Assembly: GCA_964607415.1 (NCBI GenBank) | Contig: CAZSKK010000002.1 | Location: forward strand, 224,585 to 288,584 | DNA from: an uncultured Candidatus Saccharibacteria bacterium | GTDB lineage: Bacteria > Patescibacteriota > Dojkabacteria > J137 | DNA: 64,000 nucleotides | Direction of reading: 5' to 3' | The notes under the pieces: generated by a model | What the model saw: the letters and a program-made list of their open reading frames with translations, nothing else | Told to the model about the DNA's origin: nothing | Database searches by the model: none | Program-made: the position numbers and the translations under genes | Part shown: in pieces, positions 47,954 to 56,808 of the stretch | How the letters are laid out: the number at the start of each line of letters is the position of its first letter | How positions within the stretch are numbered: position 1 is the stretch's first letter

Positions 47954-48430
47954 GTGAAAGAAAAAGAAATAGATGTTTTGAATGCATTCAGAAAATACAA
48001 TTCTTTGATTTACAACTACATCTATTTTAGAGTAGGAAAAAATAAGGAACTTGCAGAGGATTTAACGCAAGAAGTATTTTTAAAAGCCTTTAATAACAAA
48101 ACAACATACGATTCTAAAAAAGCATCAGAAAAAACTTGGTTATTTATAATAGCCAGAAGCACAGTGCTGGATAGCTATAAAAAACCTGAACAAGAATTAA
48201 TTAGCTATGAAGAACTAATCGGGAAATATGATGAGAATAATTTACAAAAAATCACACTGGACATAGCTTTAAAGAAAATGAAACCTATGGAAAAAGAACT
48301 CGTAGAAATGAAATATATTTTAGGCTTAAAAACTAAAGAAATTGCAAAAATTATTGGTAAAAGTAATTCTGCAACTAAAGTTTCTGTAAGAAGAGCTTTT
48401 TATAAGTTAAAACAAATTTGTAATGAATAA
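47954..48430 (+). CDS. ECF-type RNA polymerase sigma factor
   Basis: Region 2 (AEDLTQEVFLKAF) and region 4 HTH (LGLKTKEIAKIIGKSNSATKVSVRRA). Confidence 0.75.
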   Translation: MKEKEIDVLNAFRKYNSLIYNYIYFRVGKNKELAEDLTQEVFLKAFNNKTTYDSKKASEKTWLFIIARSTVLDSYKKPEQELISYEELIGKYDENNLQKITLDIALKKMKPMEKELVEMKYILGLKTKEIAKIIGKSNSATKVSVRRAFYKLKQICNE

Positions 48431-50105
48431 TCTTAAATTAAAAAAGAGTTTAAAAAATCTTTCTCAAAATCCGGATAGAGAATGGCTTGAAAAAACTGAT
48501 TTTCTGCTTTCACAGCTGGAAAAGCCAGAAAAAACGCATTCTATATTTTATTTTGGAAAAATGAAATTAAAAATAATAGTATTAATATTATTTATGCTAG
48601 CTTTTATGGGAAGTGCTTCTGTATATTTTTTTGTAAATTTCAACACAAAAAATTCTAACTCAGAATATTTATCCCAAAATGAAAAAAAGGATTTTTTTAA
48701 GCAGCTTATAGATAATTCCTCGAATATCTTTAGCTCAAACACTGTATTTGGTTCAGAAACTGAAGATGGAGCATATTTTTACAGTAAGGACTCTGAATCA
48801 AATTTAAGACATTCTATAGTCGATGTAAAAAAAGGTCCAAACGCTAGTTATATTTGTGACGAATACATACCAACGCCGAATGATTTTAACTACACGCAAG
48901 AACAGTATGAGTTTAAAAATGATTATGGAATAGACTCGTTAGATTTTATTAAGTACAAAGATTCATACATTTACTTCGAAAGTTTTATAATAAACGATGA
49001 TTTGAATGATGAATCAACAATTTATCGTGGAGGCGAATATGGATTAAAATACATTTATACTTACGATAATCAACAAAGACATAATTACTTAGATTTTGAA
49101 GAAATAGATGAAAAAAAGTTTTTAGATTCACTCTATGATCAATACACTTTATCAGAAATGTATAAAGATAAATCTACTAATAAGATGATTATCGAAAGCC
49201 AATTTAAAGGTCCAAGATGCGATTTTGATTATTATGACTCCGAAGATCCTACCTTTATAGAAGTGTTGGAAGTGGATTTGGATAATTTTGAACTTACAAA
49301 ATCATCACTTTATAAAAATGAAAAAATTGAAAAAAATCTTATTGTTCAAAAATCCTATAAAGTTGAAAAATATAATGCAAAGAATATAAATTTTAAAGAA
49401 CTTTTGCAATCATTGACTCCTAAAGTTGAGTTTAAAACAGAAATTGATAGCTATAGTACTGGAGAGCCATCAGCAACTGTTGAAACAGAATTAAGCTATT
49501 TAAAAGGATTAGAACTTGACTTAACTTGGATGGAAAATGATAAAAAGGCAAGCTTTTTTTCAGGATCATATCAACAAGTTGAGGATGATACGTTAAGAAT
49601 AGCCTTAACAGATTATAATTTCTATCCAAATGATGACTTGGGGGGATATTTATTCAATACGGTATTAGGGAAGTATAGAAACGGAAGACTGGAAAAAGCT
49701 ACAATCAGTCATTGCTTTGATAGTATTTGTAACGATCATGCAGAATTTAAGATTTATAGAAGCGACGTTTCCCAAAGTAAATTCGATTATTCAGGCGATA
49801 TGGGTATTTTTAAAGAAAGTCAAACTCAAGTAAGTTTAAGTATAAATGGTAGCTCTAAAGCCGCGGATTTAATTAAATACTACATTGTTAAAGAAGGGCA
49901 AGGAAATGTAAATTTATGTAACGAAGAAAAATGCTGGGGACCATACTATAGAATTCTAGTAGATCTAAGCAACACAAGTTTTATGGTTATTGACATTAGT
50001 TCTGAAACTGCTTTGAATACTGTCATAAATAGTAAGTATAAAGTTTATTCATCTGTGAGAGAAGAAGATAGGGACAAACTAAAAGAATTGATAGGCGGAA
50101 TTTAG
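48423..50105 (+). CDS. Putative anti-sigma factor: single-pass membrane protein with large extracytoplasmic domain
   Basis: Overlaps sigma gene by 8 nt; N-terminal cytoplasmic segment, one TM (IIVLILFMLAFMGSASVYFFV), about 480 aa outside. Confidence 0.4.
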   Translation: MNNLKLKKSLKNLSQNPDREWLEKTDFLLSQLEKPEKTHSIFYFGKMKLKIIVLILFMLAFMGSASVYFFVNFNTKNSNSEYLSQNEKKDFFKQLIDNSSNIFSSNTVFGSETEDGAYFYSKDSESNLRHSIVDVKKGPNASYICDEYIPTPNDFNYTQEQYEFKNDYGIDSLDFIKYKDSYIYFESFIINDDLNDESTIYRGGEYGLKYIYTYDNQQRHNYLDFEEIDEKKFLDSLYDQYTLSEMYKDKSTNKMIIESQFKGPRCDFDYYDSEDPTFIEVLEVDLDNFELTKSSLYKNEKIEKNLIVQKSYKVEKYNAKNINFKELLQSLTPKVEFKTEIDSYSTGEPSATVETELSYLKGLELDLTWMENDKKASFFSGSYQQVEDDTLRIALTDYNFYPNDDLGGYLFNTVLGKYRNGRLEKATISHCFDSICNDHAEFKIYRSDVSQSKFDYSGDMGIFKESQTQVSLSINGSSKAADLIKYYIVKEGQGNVNLCNEEKCWGPYYRILVDLSNTSFMVIDISSETALNTVINSKYKVYSSVREEDRDKLKELIGGI

Positions 50106-50116
50106 GTTTAAGCTCA

Positions 50117-50165
50117 AATGCGGAAATGCATCATTGATATTTTAATCAGGTTGCATTTCCGCATT
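50117..50165. terminator. Long hairpin AATGCGGAAATGCA-N21-TGCATTTCCGCATT downstream of anti-sigma gene (no U-tract)
   Basis: Perfect 14-bp arms. Confidence 0.4.
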
Positions 50166-50217
50166 AACAAGAACATTGAAACTTAAATGCTTTTTAACTT
50201 TCTAAAACAAACAACCC

Positions 50218-50248
50218 GAGAATGCATATTATGTATTCGAGTGCAGCT
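50218..50248. repeat. Family A element copy 3
   Basis: GAGAATGCATATTATGtATTCGAGTGCAGCT. Confidence 0.8.
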
Positions 50249-50271
50249 CATAAATAGAACCACGTTAAAAA

Positions 50272-51021
50272 TTACTGCGATTGTCTTCTAATACATACAA
50301 CCCACTCCCCTTTCGGTGTTGTACTATTAAGGTATTTAAGCACTTCACCCACACTACCCCTAATTGTTTTTTCAAACTTTTTTGTAAGCTCACTACTTAT
50401 TGAAACCTCTAAATCTTCACCAAAGTTTCGTTTAATTATCTCAAGCGTTTTCTTTATTCGAAAAGGTGATTCGTAAAAAATTAATGTTGATTCAGTTTCA
50501 ATAAATTTTGACATATTTTTAACCATCTTTCCTTCCGTTCTTGGTAAAAATCCTAAAAATACAAATTTATCTGTAGGTAGTCCTGACAAAACCAAAGCAG
50601 AAACAAGAGCAGTTGGTCCAGGAATTGCCTCAACTTCAAAACCATGTTTTGCAACATCCCTAATTAGTTTAAAGCCTGGATCGGAAATTGCTGGCATTCC
50701 AGAATCTGAAATTAAGCTTACATCATTACCCTGCTCCAAAAGCAAAAGTATTTTATTTACAACTTTGTCGTGATTTTGATCGCGATATGAAATCAAAAAT
50801 TGATTTTTTTCTAAAGAAGTTTCAAGCTCAATCAAAATATTTGTAAAACGATTTACAAAAATGCTCCTAAGCTTTTGATAGTTTCTTGTATCTTCAGCGA
50901 GTATTATTTTTGAAGACAGAAGTTCTTTAAGTGCTCTTAAAGTAATATCCTCGATATTACCGATTGGAAGTCCTATGATTTTTAACTTTCCTTTTTGGTT
51001 TGGATTTGAATTCTGCTTCAT
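50272..51021 (-). CDS. rsmI: 16S rRNA (cytidine1402-2'-O)-methyltransferase RsmI
   Basis: LKIIGLPIGNIEDITLRALKEL...AEDTR tetrapyrrole-methylase-like N-terminus. Confidence 0.85.
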   Translation of the reverse strand: MKQNSNPNQKGKLKIIGLPIGNIEDITLRALKELLSSKIILAEDTRNYQKLRSIFVNRFTNILIELETSLEKNQFLISYRDQNHDKVVNKILLLLEQGNDVSLISDSGMPAISDPGFKLIRDVAKHGFEVEAIPGPTALVSALVLSGLPTDKFVFLGFLPRTEGKMVKNMSKFIETESTLIFYESPFRIKKTLEIIKRNFGEDLEVSISSELTKKFEKTIRGSVGEVLKYLNSTTPKGEWVVCIRRQSQ

Positions 51022-51577
51022 TCTCTATAAACTTAAGTATATCATTGTTTGTTAATAATCTTGTGTCTGAACATTGATTAATTAGTGCGTAACTTGGTTT
51101 ATAGCCAAACCCAACATATTCTATGTGTTTACCGAGCTTTTGAGCCTTTTTTATTGCCGGAATCAAGTCTGTATCGGAAGAAATAATTAGTGCTATGTCA
51201 TAAAGATCTTCATATGCACCAGCTAGAATATCTACAGCAAGTTGAACATCCACACCTTTTTCATGGAAGGATCCATTGGAATGCAACATGAATCCTTTTT
51301 TTATAATGAATTGCTGCTTTAAGAGATTACTAAAAAGTCTTTGTTGGTTTGAACGAAGCTTTTGGCCTTTTTTATCACTCACTTCAGCACGAATTGCACC
51401 AACATAATAACCCTTGAATGAGATTTTTTTATTTGAAGGACTTAAAAACTCGCAAAATTTACCGTAATCAAAGCTGGTTAAATTCAGGCTTTCTGACGTT
51501 ACATTTCTCAATTTATGGTACAAATTGCTACCATCGATGTAAATTGCTACTCTTTCTTCCATAATTAAAAATCCCAC
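50957..51577 (-). CDS. NYN-domain (LabA-like) protein
   Basis: VAIYIDGSNLYH ... ALISSDTDLIPAI; 65-nt overlap with rsmI start. Confidence 0.7.
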   Translation of the reverse strand: MGFLIMEERVAIYIDGSNLYHKLRNVTSESLNLTSFDYGKFCEFLSPSNKKISFKGYYVGAIRAEVSDKKGQKLRSNQQRLFSNLLKQQFIIKKGFMLHSNGSFHEKGVDVQLAVDILAGAYEDLYDIALIISSDTDLIPAIKKAQKLGKHIEYVGFGYKPSYALINQCSDTRLLTNNDILKFIENEAEFKSKPKRKVKNHRTSNR

Positions 51578-51650
51578 CGAGCATTTAGAATAAATCTAAC
51601 TACTGGGTGGGGGGTTTTAGTTAAGATAATTATATCACATTAAACCGTGT

Positions 51651-52835
51651 TTAAGAAACAAGTCCTGTAATAAACTCTTCATACTTTGGATATATTGATT
51701 CCCAGGTGTAATTCTTTATTAATTTTAAATTTTCTTCAATCATACTTAATCGTAAATCTTTATCTTTTAGAACAATTTTCAAAATCTCTACAAGTTTATC
51801 TATATCCCAATAATCAAAAGTATACCCATTAACACCTTCCTTAATTAACGTTGAACTAATTTCATTTTGCTTGGAAGACAAAATTACATTTCCCTTTGCC
51901 ATTGCTTCCATTAATGCAATTCCTGATGCTTCCCACTGACTTGGTAGAATATTAATTTGAGAATGTTTATAAAGTGCATCATCTCTTTGCTCATCTGATG
52001 GCGAAAATATGAAAGACACTTCTTTTTCTAAGTTAAATTTTGTTACAAGTTTTTTTAAATATTCTGTATGTTCAGTTTGTCTGCCTAATGCCCAGAATTC
52101 AAATTCAGGAATATTTTTATTTTTCTTTTTGATTTCGCCAAGTGCTTCAATTACATACTGCACGCCTTTATACCTTGCAAATCTCCCCAAAAAACTGATT
52201 ACAACTTTACCATCAATTTTTGGTTGATAAATTTTAGATTCAATATAGCTTTTATCAATTCCGTTTGGAAACACAATGATTTTATCTTTAGGAATTTTGT
52301 ATTCAGAAGTCATCCAGTTATGTTGTTCTTCGTTTACTGCAATTACATAATCGTAAAGCCATGGAAGAATTACTTGTAAGACCATCGTATAATATTTTTT
52401 TGCCATTCCCCTAAAACCAGTTGAGTCGTTTAAAGCCATAAAGGGCCCGTGAGGAGTACATACAAATTTTGTACTCGGACTGACTAATTTTTTTATACAT
52501 AAACACATCTCTCTCCAAATAAACCCAATTCCTGATGTGTGAATTACATCAAATTTATTGCTTAAAAGAGAAGGTAATAACATTGGATAAAAGCCCATGT
52601 ATAATTCTTCGTTGATTGCCCAGTTTCTAATTATTTTCATTCCATCAATCGTTTCGCGATAAGGAGGAAGTTCATCTCTAAACTTAATATTTGCAGTTAA
52701 AACTGTAACATCAAATTTGTCTGATTTAGCTGCACGCGAAGCAAATGCAAACATGTTAGATTCAGCACCACCTTTAAAAGGATGGAAGCGCTGGATTACA
52801 TAACCGATTTTAATTTTTTCAGATTTCTTTGCCAT
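51651..52835 (-). CDS. Family 4 (GT-B) glycosyltransferase
   Basis: EASGIALMEAMAKGNVILS motif. Confidence 0.8.
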   Translation of the reverse strand: MAKKSEKIKIGYVIQRFHPFKGGAESNMFAFASRAAKSDKFDVTVLTANIKFRDELPPYRETIDGMKIIRNWAINEELYMGFYPMLLPSLLSNKFDVIHTSGIGFIWREMCLCIKKLVSPSTKFVCTPHGPFMALNDSTGFRGMAKKYYTMVLQVILPWLYDYVIAVNEEQHNWMTSEYKIPKDKIIVFPNGIDKSYIESKIYQPKIDGKVVISFLGRFARYKGVQYVIEALGEIKKKNKNIPEFEFWALGRQTEHTEYLKKLVTKFNLEKEVSFIFSPSDEQRDDALYKHSQINILPSQWEASGIALMEAMAKGNVILSSKQNEISSTLIKEGVNGYTFDYWDIDKLVEILKIVLKDKDLRLSMIEENLKLIKNYTWESIYPKYEEFITGLVS

Positions 52836-52984
52836 AAATTTAGATGATTATATCATTCATTGACTACTTATTTTTAACATCAAAGTCTCAAAGATCAAAA
52901 TAATAATAAAATTCAAATAGAAAGTTTTTAGTTTTAGATTTGTTAACTGGATATTATTTTGAGAACTTTGATGTTTGTTATTAT

Positions 52985-53851
52985 TTACTCTTTCAAAAAG
53001 GTAACAAAGTTCTCAAAAATCTGCCTGACATTGGCTGGCTCATTTCGTTCTCCTCTCTTTCCATCAGGAGCTAGAAACGGACAGTCAGTTTCAAAGAATA
53101 TTCCAGCTTTATAAAAATCCATTGGTGAATAATCTTTGATTTTCTTTCCTAAAATCTTTTTGTAAATCCCTCTTAGTTCATACGCATTTTTGAAAGTTAT
53201 TATTCCATTTACCCCTAACCCACAACCTCGATCAATAATTTCTTTGGCAGTTTTGTAATCTCCAGTGTAGGAATGAAAAATTCCTAACACACCTCTAAAA
53301 GATTTCATAACTTTTAAACATTGTTCTTCTGCTCCCCTTGAGTGGATAGACAATGGCAATTTGTGTTCTTTTGCAAGATCAATATGCATTTCAAAAAGTT
53401 TTTGTTGATCTTTTTTTATCTTGTTGAACTGGGCTTTATCAATTTCACCACTATCAAGTTTTTCTTTAATCCAATAGAAATCCATGCCGGTCTCACCTAT
53501 GCCTTTGATTAAATCTTTATTGTTTAAAATAATTGCATTCAAATATTCGGCTTTTGTTTCTACCCAATTTTTATCAAAAGTCTCGGTTAAAGTAAGACTT
53601 GAACCAGGAATTAAAACTTCAGGATCAATCCCGATAAACGAATAAACTACTCCTGGATTATTTCGTGCAATATCAATTGATAGTTGACTGGAAGAAATAT
53701 CTGTTCCAATATCAAAAATCATTTTTACATCATTTTTTAAAGCTCTTTCTATAACCTGATCTCGATCCAGGTCAAAGTTACGTGAATTAATATGGGCATG
53801 TGAATCAAAAATTAAGTTATCAGAAAAAAAACCGCTGATATGAGATGCCAT
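52985..53851 (-). CDS. tatD: TatD-family metal-dependent hydrolase
   Basis: FDSHAHIN start and ETDCPFLAP motif. Confidence 0.85.
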   Translation of the reverse strand: MASHISGFFSDNLIFDSHAHINSRNFDLDRDQVIERALKNDVKMIFDIGTDISSSQLSIDIARNNPGVVYSFIGIDPEVLIPGSSLTLTETFDKNWVETKAEYLNAIILNNKDLIKGIGETGMDFYWIKEKLDSGEIDKAQFNKIKKDQQKLFEMHIDLAKEHKLPLSIHSRGAEEQCLKVMKSFRGVLGIFHSYTGDYKTAKEIIDRGCGLGVNGIITFKNAYELRGIYKKILGKKIKDYSPMDFYKAGIFFETDCPFLAPDGKRGERNEPANVRQIFENFVTFLKE

Positions 53852-54090
53852 ATTATTAAGAAAGTTAATTAAATAACCAATTGTATCAGTAATTTAAGCA
53901 TATTTAAAATCGAAACTTATTGCAAGCAAGAGTTAATAAGTTAACATTTATATTAAGCCATGTGATTTCAATATGTTGTGAGCTAAACGAAATACTTCTT
54001 TTAGCTTTATTGAAGAACTTTAAAATTAAATTGCTTTAAATGTGATCTTTTGTTAAAATTTACCACGATTTACTAGATTTAAATTAATTT

Positions 54091-54345
54091 ATGGCAAATA
54101 CATCTTCCGCAAAAAAGGCAATCAGAGTATCTGAAAGAAAAGCAGTTGTTAACAAAAGGCTTAAAGTTGCTTACAAATCAGCAAGAAAGGATTTTGTTAA
54201 GGCAGTAAAAGAAAATGATACAAAAAAAGCCAAGGAACTTCTTACGGCTGTATACAAAAAAATAGATAAAGCTGTCAAAGGCAATGTTATCCATGCAAAT
54301 ACAGGTGCAAGATACAAGTCAGCAATGGCTAAAATGTTAAAGTAG
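54091..54345 (+). CDS. rpsT: 30S ribosomal protein S20
   Basis: MANTSSAKKAIRVSERKAVVNKRLK.. Confidence 0.9.
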   Translation: MANTSSAKKAIRVSERKAVVNKRLKVAYKSARKDFVKAVKENDTKKAKELLTAVYKKIDKAVKGNVIHANTGARYKSAMAKMLK

Positions 54346-54369
54346 GTTTTTCAAAAACCCTCAATCAAA

Positions 54370-54924
54370 ATGTCCAAATCATTTATTAAAATTGTAGATG
54401 CATCTATTCTGCCAGCTAGCCTTATGATTTTAAGTAAGGCTATAGGAATTTTTGTACTTACTAAAATTCTTGATATTCCAATCAGCTTAACGCAATATTC
54501 CGATAACCTTTTTTCGATTGGAGGGCAATCTCTAAGCCTTACAGACGTTAAATTCATAACTTCGTATTCAGATCTGATAATGTATACAGTATTGGCTATT
54601 ATATTCTCTCTTAACATTTTCAGAGCTATTTATCTTCATAATTCACACATTAAGCCAACTTTAGTTACAAAACTTGCGGACAATAATCTTTTAAATTTAA
54701 TTAAAGATTCATACGAGATTTATCATTCTGCAACAGCTTGGCTCGGTTTTACGGTTTTGGCAAATGCTGTTATTTTGGTAAATGTAATAAATGGAGTTAC
54801 TTACTTATGGGTTGGAATTTTGACTGTTATTATCAGTGCTTTGCTTACAGTCCTACTTCTTCAAGATGTTCATAAAGAAATTGAAAATATCAAAAAACAT
54901 CCAGGGCAGTATAATTGGAGCTAA
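54370..54924 (+). CDS. Hypothetical membrane protein
   Basis: 184 aa, 4-5 TM helices. Confidence 0.35.
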   Translation: MSKSFIKIVDASILPASLMILSKAIGIFVLTKILDIPISLTQYSDNLFSIGGQSLSLTDVKFITSYSDLIMYTVLAIIFSLNIFRAIYLHNSHIKPTLVTKLADNNLLNLIKDSYEIYHSATAWLGFTVLANAVILVNVINGVTYLWVGILTVIISALLTVLLLQDVHKEIENIKKHPGQYNWS

Positions 54925-54992
54925 ATAGCTTTCAGCTCTCAGCCTTCGGGTTTTGTGTTTCAGATAGCTAATAGCAGACAGCAGAAAACTCG

Positions 54993-55300
54993 TGGTATAA
55001 TTAACAAAACGTAGAAGGAGCAAAGTACATTTTTAAGGTGACAAAAGAGATTTCGTGTTAGCTGAAAACGAAACGTACTTAAAAATCGAAACTACACTCC
55101 AGAGAAAAGAGCAGAACAGCTAAAGGGCTGTAGAGGTAAAGAGCATGCTCTATCACTCTTAACCTCTATACCTCTAAAGCTCAGTAAACCTCTTCGGGTA
55201 AGCCCGTTATTGCTGTCATCAAGAGTCTAGTATCTTCACTAGAAATTGAGGTGGTACCGCTGAGAAATCAGTCCTCATAAATATAAATTCGAAATCAAAA
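54993..55300 (+). promoter_or_regulatory. T-box-like leader upstream of tyrS, with extended -10 promoter TGgTATAAT at 54993-55001
   Basis: AAATTGAGGTGGTACCGCTGAG (55243-55264) matches T-box consensus AAUUAGGGUGGUACCGCG; UGGU bulge would pair the ACCA end of a tRNA with discriminator A (assumed for tRNA-Tyr); UAC (Tyr) codon followed by A at 55025-55028 in stem-I-like region. Confidence 0.5.
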
Positions 55301-55463
55301 ATCTGAAATTAGAGACACCCTTCGAAAAGCTCAAGGAGGTACATACATACTGTAATTTATGTTTGTTATTTCGTAGTTTCTGATTTAGTATTTATTTAGA
55401 GTTTCGTATTTCTAATTTAGAATTTCATTTTTACTCTTACATTTTTAATTTTAAATTATCACT

Positions 55464-56585
55464 ATGACAACTCAAGAAAAAGTTGAACTAATAAAATCCA
55501 TTGCAAAAAACGGTGGGGAAATAGTTGGCGAAGAAGAACTAGCAAAAATCTTAGATTCAGGCGAAAAACTATACACATACGATGGATTTGAACCGTCTGG
55601 GCAAATGCATATTGCGCAAGGAATTATTAGGGCTATCAACACAAACAAAATGATTGAAGCAGGATTTACTTTTAGAATGTGGGTTGCAGATTGGTTCGGA
55701 TATATTAACAATAAAATGGGTGGTGATTTAGAAAAGATAAAAACTGTTGGAAATTATTTCATTGAAATTTGGAGAGCTTCTGGAATGGATCTTGATAACG
55801 TTGAATTTTTGTGGACTAGCGATTACACGGGAGATACAAATTACTGGTCAACTGTAATGAAAGTTGCAAAAGCGCTAACTTTAAATAGGGCTATAAAAAC
55901 AACTGAAATTATGGGTCGAAGCGAATCTGATAATCTAAGTGCTGCTCAAATAATTTATCCATGTATGCAAATTGCAGATATTTTTTACGTTATGAAGTGT
56001 CAGGTAACTCAACTTGGTTTAGATCAAAGAAAAGCAAACGTGATAGCACGTGAGGTTGGTCCAGAACTTGGTTACTGGAAACCTGTGATTGTAAGTCACG
56101 GAATGTTACAAGGATTGGGTACTCCTCTACCAAAAGATATTGATGCAACAGAACGAGCTATCTCTATGAAAATGAGTAAGTCTAAACCAGATACAGCTAT
56201 ATTTATGACTGATTCAAGGGAAGAAATTCAAAGAAAAATCACAAAAGCGTTTTGCCCTGAGGGTCAAGTAGAAGAAAACCCTGTTTTAGATTACTGTAAG
56301 CAAATTATTTTTGAAGCTAAATGGCTAAAAAGAGAAACTCCTTTACTTACCAATGGAACGTTTGAAGTAAAAAGACCAGAAAAATTTGGGGGTGATATTT
56401 CTTACGGAAGTTATGAAGAACTTGAGAAGGATTATGCCGGAAAAAAATTATTCCCACTTGATTTAAAAAATGCAGTTATTGAATATCTGGATCAATTAGT
56501 GGCTCCAGTTAGATCTCATTTTGAAACTGATCCAAAGGCAAAGGCACTTTTGGAAGAAGTAAAAAGTTATCAGGTAACAAGATAA
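55464..56585 (+). CDS. tyrS: Tyrosine--tRNA ligase, archaeal/eukaryotic type
   Basis: YDGFEPSGQMHIAQG, KMSKSKP, and C-terminal KAFCPEGQVEENP...KRPEKFGGDISYGSYEELE..LFPLDLKNAV collinear with Methanocaldococcus TyrRS. Confidence 0.9.
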   Translation: MTTQEKVELIKSIAKNGGEIVGEEELAKILDSGEKLYTYDGFEPSGQMHIAQGIIRAINTNKMIEAGFTFRMWVADWFGYINNKMGGDLEKIKTVGNYFIEIWRASGMDLDNVEFLWTSDYTGDTNYWSTVMKVAKALTLNRAIKTTEIMGRSESDNLSAAQIIYPCMQIADIFYVMKCQVTQLGLDQRKANVIAREVGPELGYWKPVIVSHGMLQGLGTPLPKDIDATERAISMKMSKSKPDTAIFMTDSREEIQRKITKAFCPEGQVEENPVLDYCKQIIFEAKWLKRETPLLTNGTFEVKRPEKFGGDISYGSYEELEKDYAGKKLFPLDLKNAVIEYLDQLVAPVRSHFETDPKAKALLEEVKSYQVTR

Positions 56586-56605
56586 TTCTAAAAATCAAAA
56601 GTGTA

Positions 56606-56641
56606 GAAAGCGCGGCGTAAAACGTCGCGCTTTCTTTTTTG
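56606..56641 (+). terminator. Rho-independent terminator of tyrS (GAAAGCGCGGCG-TAAAA-CGTCGCGCTTTC + T-run); also family C palindrome copy 1
   Basis: GC-rich perfect stem followed by TTTTTTG. Confidence 0.8.
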
Positions 56642-56808
56642 TCTATTTGGGTATTTATACTTAAAAGAGTTAAAATGATTTGTTCGCAGTTTTTAGTTTT
56701 TAGATTAATATTACGTTTACACTACTAGAATCTCTTACTTATAAATATTTTGTAAAACAGGTCTTATTCAAATTTGACCCAGAAGCTGTTCACAATCTTT
56801 TCACAAAT

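Noticed and set aside
50957-51021. 65-nt overlap between NYN-domain gene end and rsmI start as evidence of a frameshifted fusion
   Set aside because: Both ORFs have independent conserved N-termini and are in different frames. A simple overlap (or an ATA/ATC internal start for rsmI) explains it.
55333-55339. Strong Shine-Dalgarno AAGGAGG suggesting a hidden gene start inside the tyrS leader
   Set aside because: No start codon with an ORF of meaningful length follows it. More likely part of leader RNA structure.
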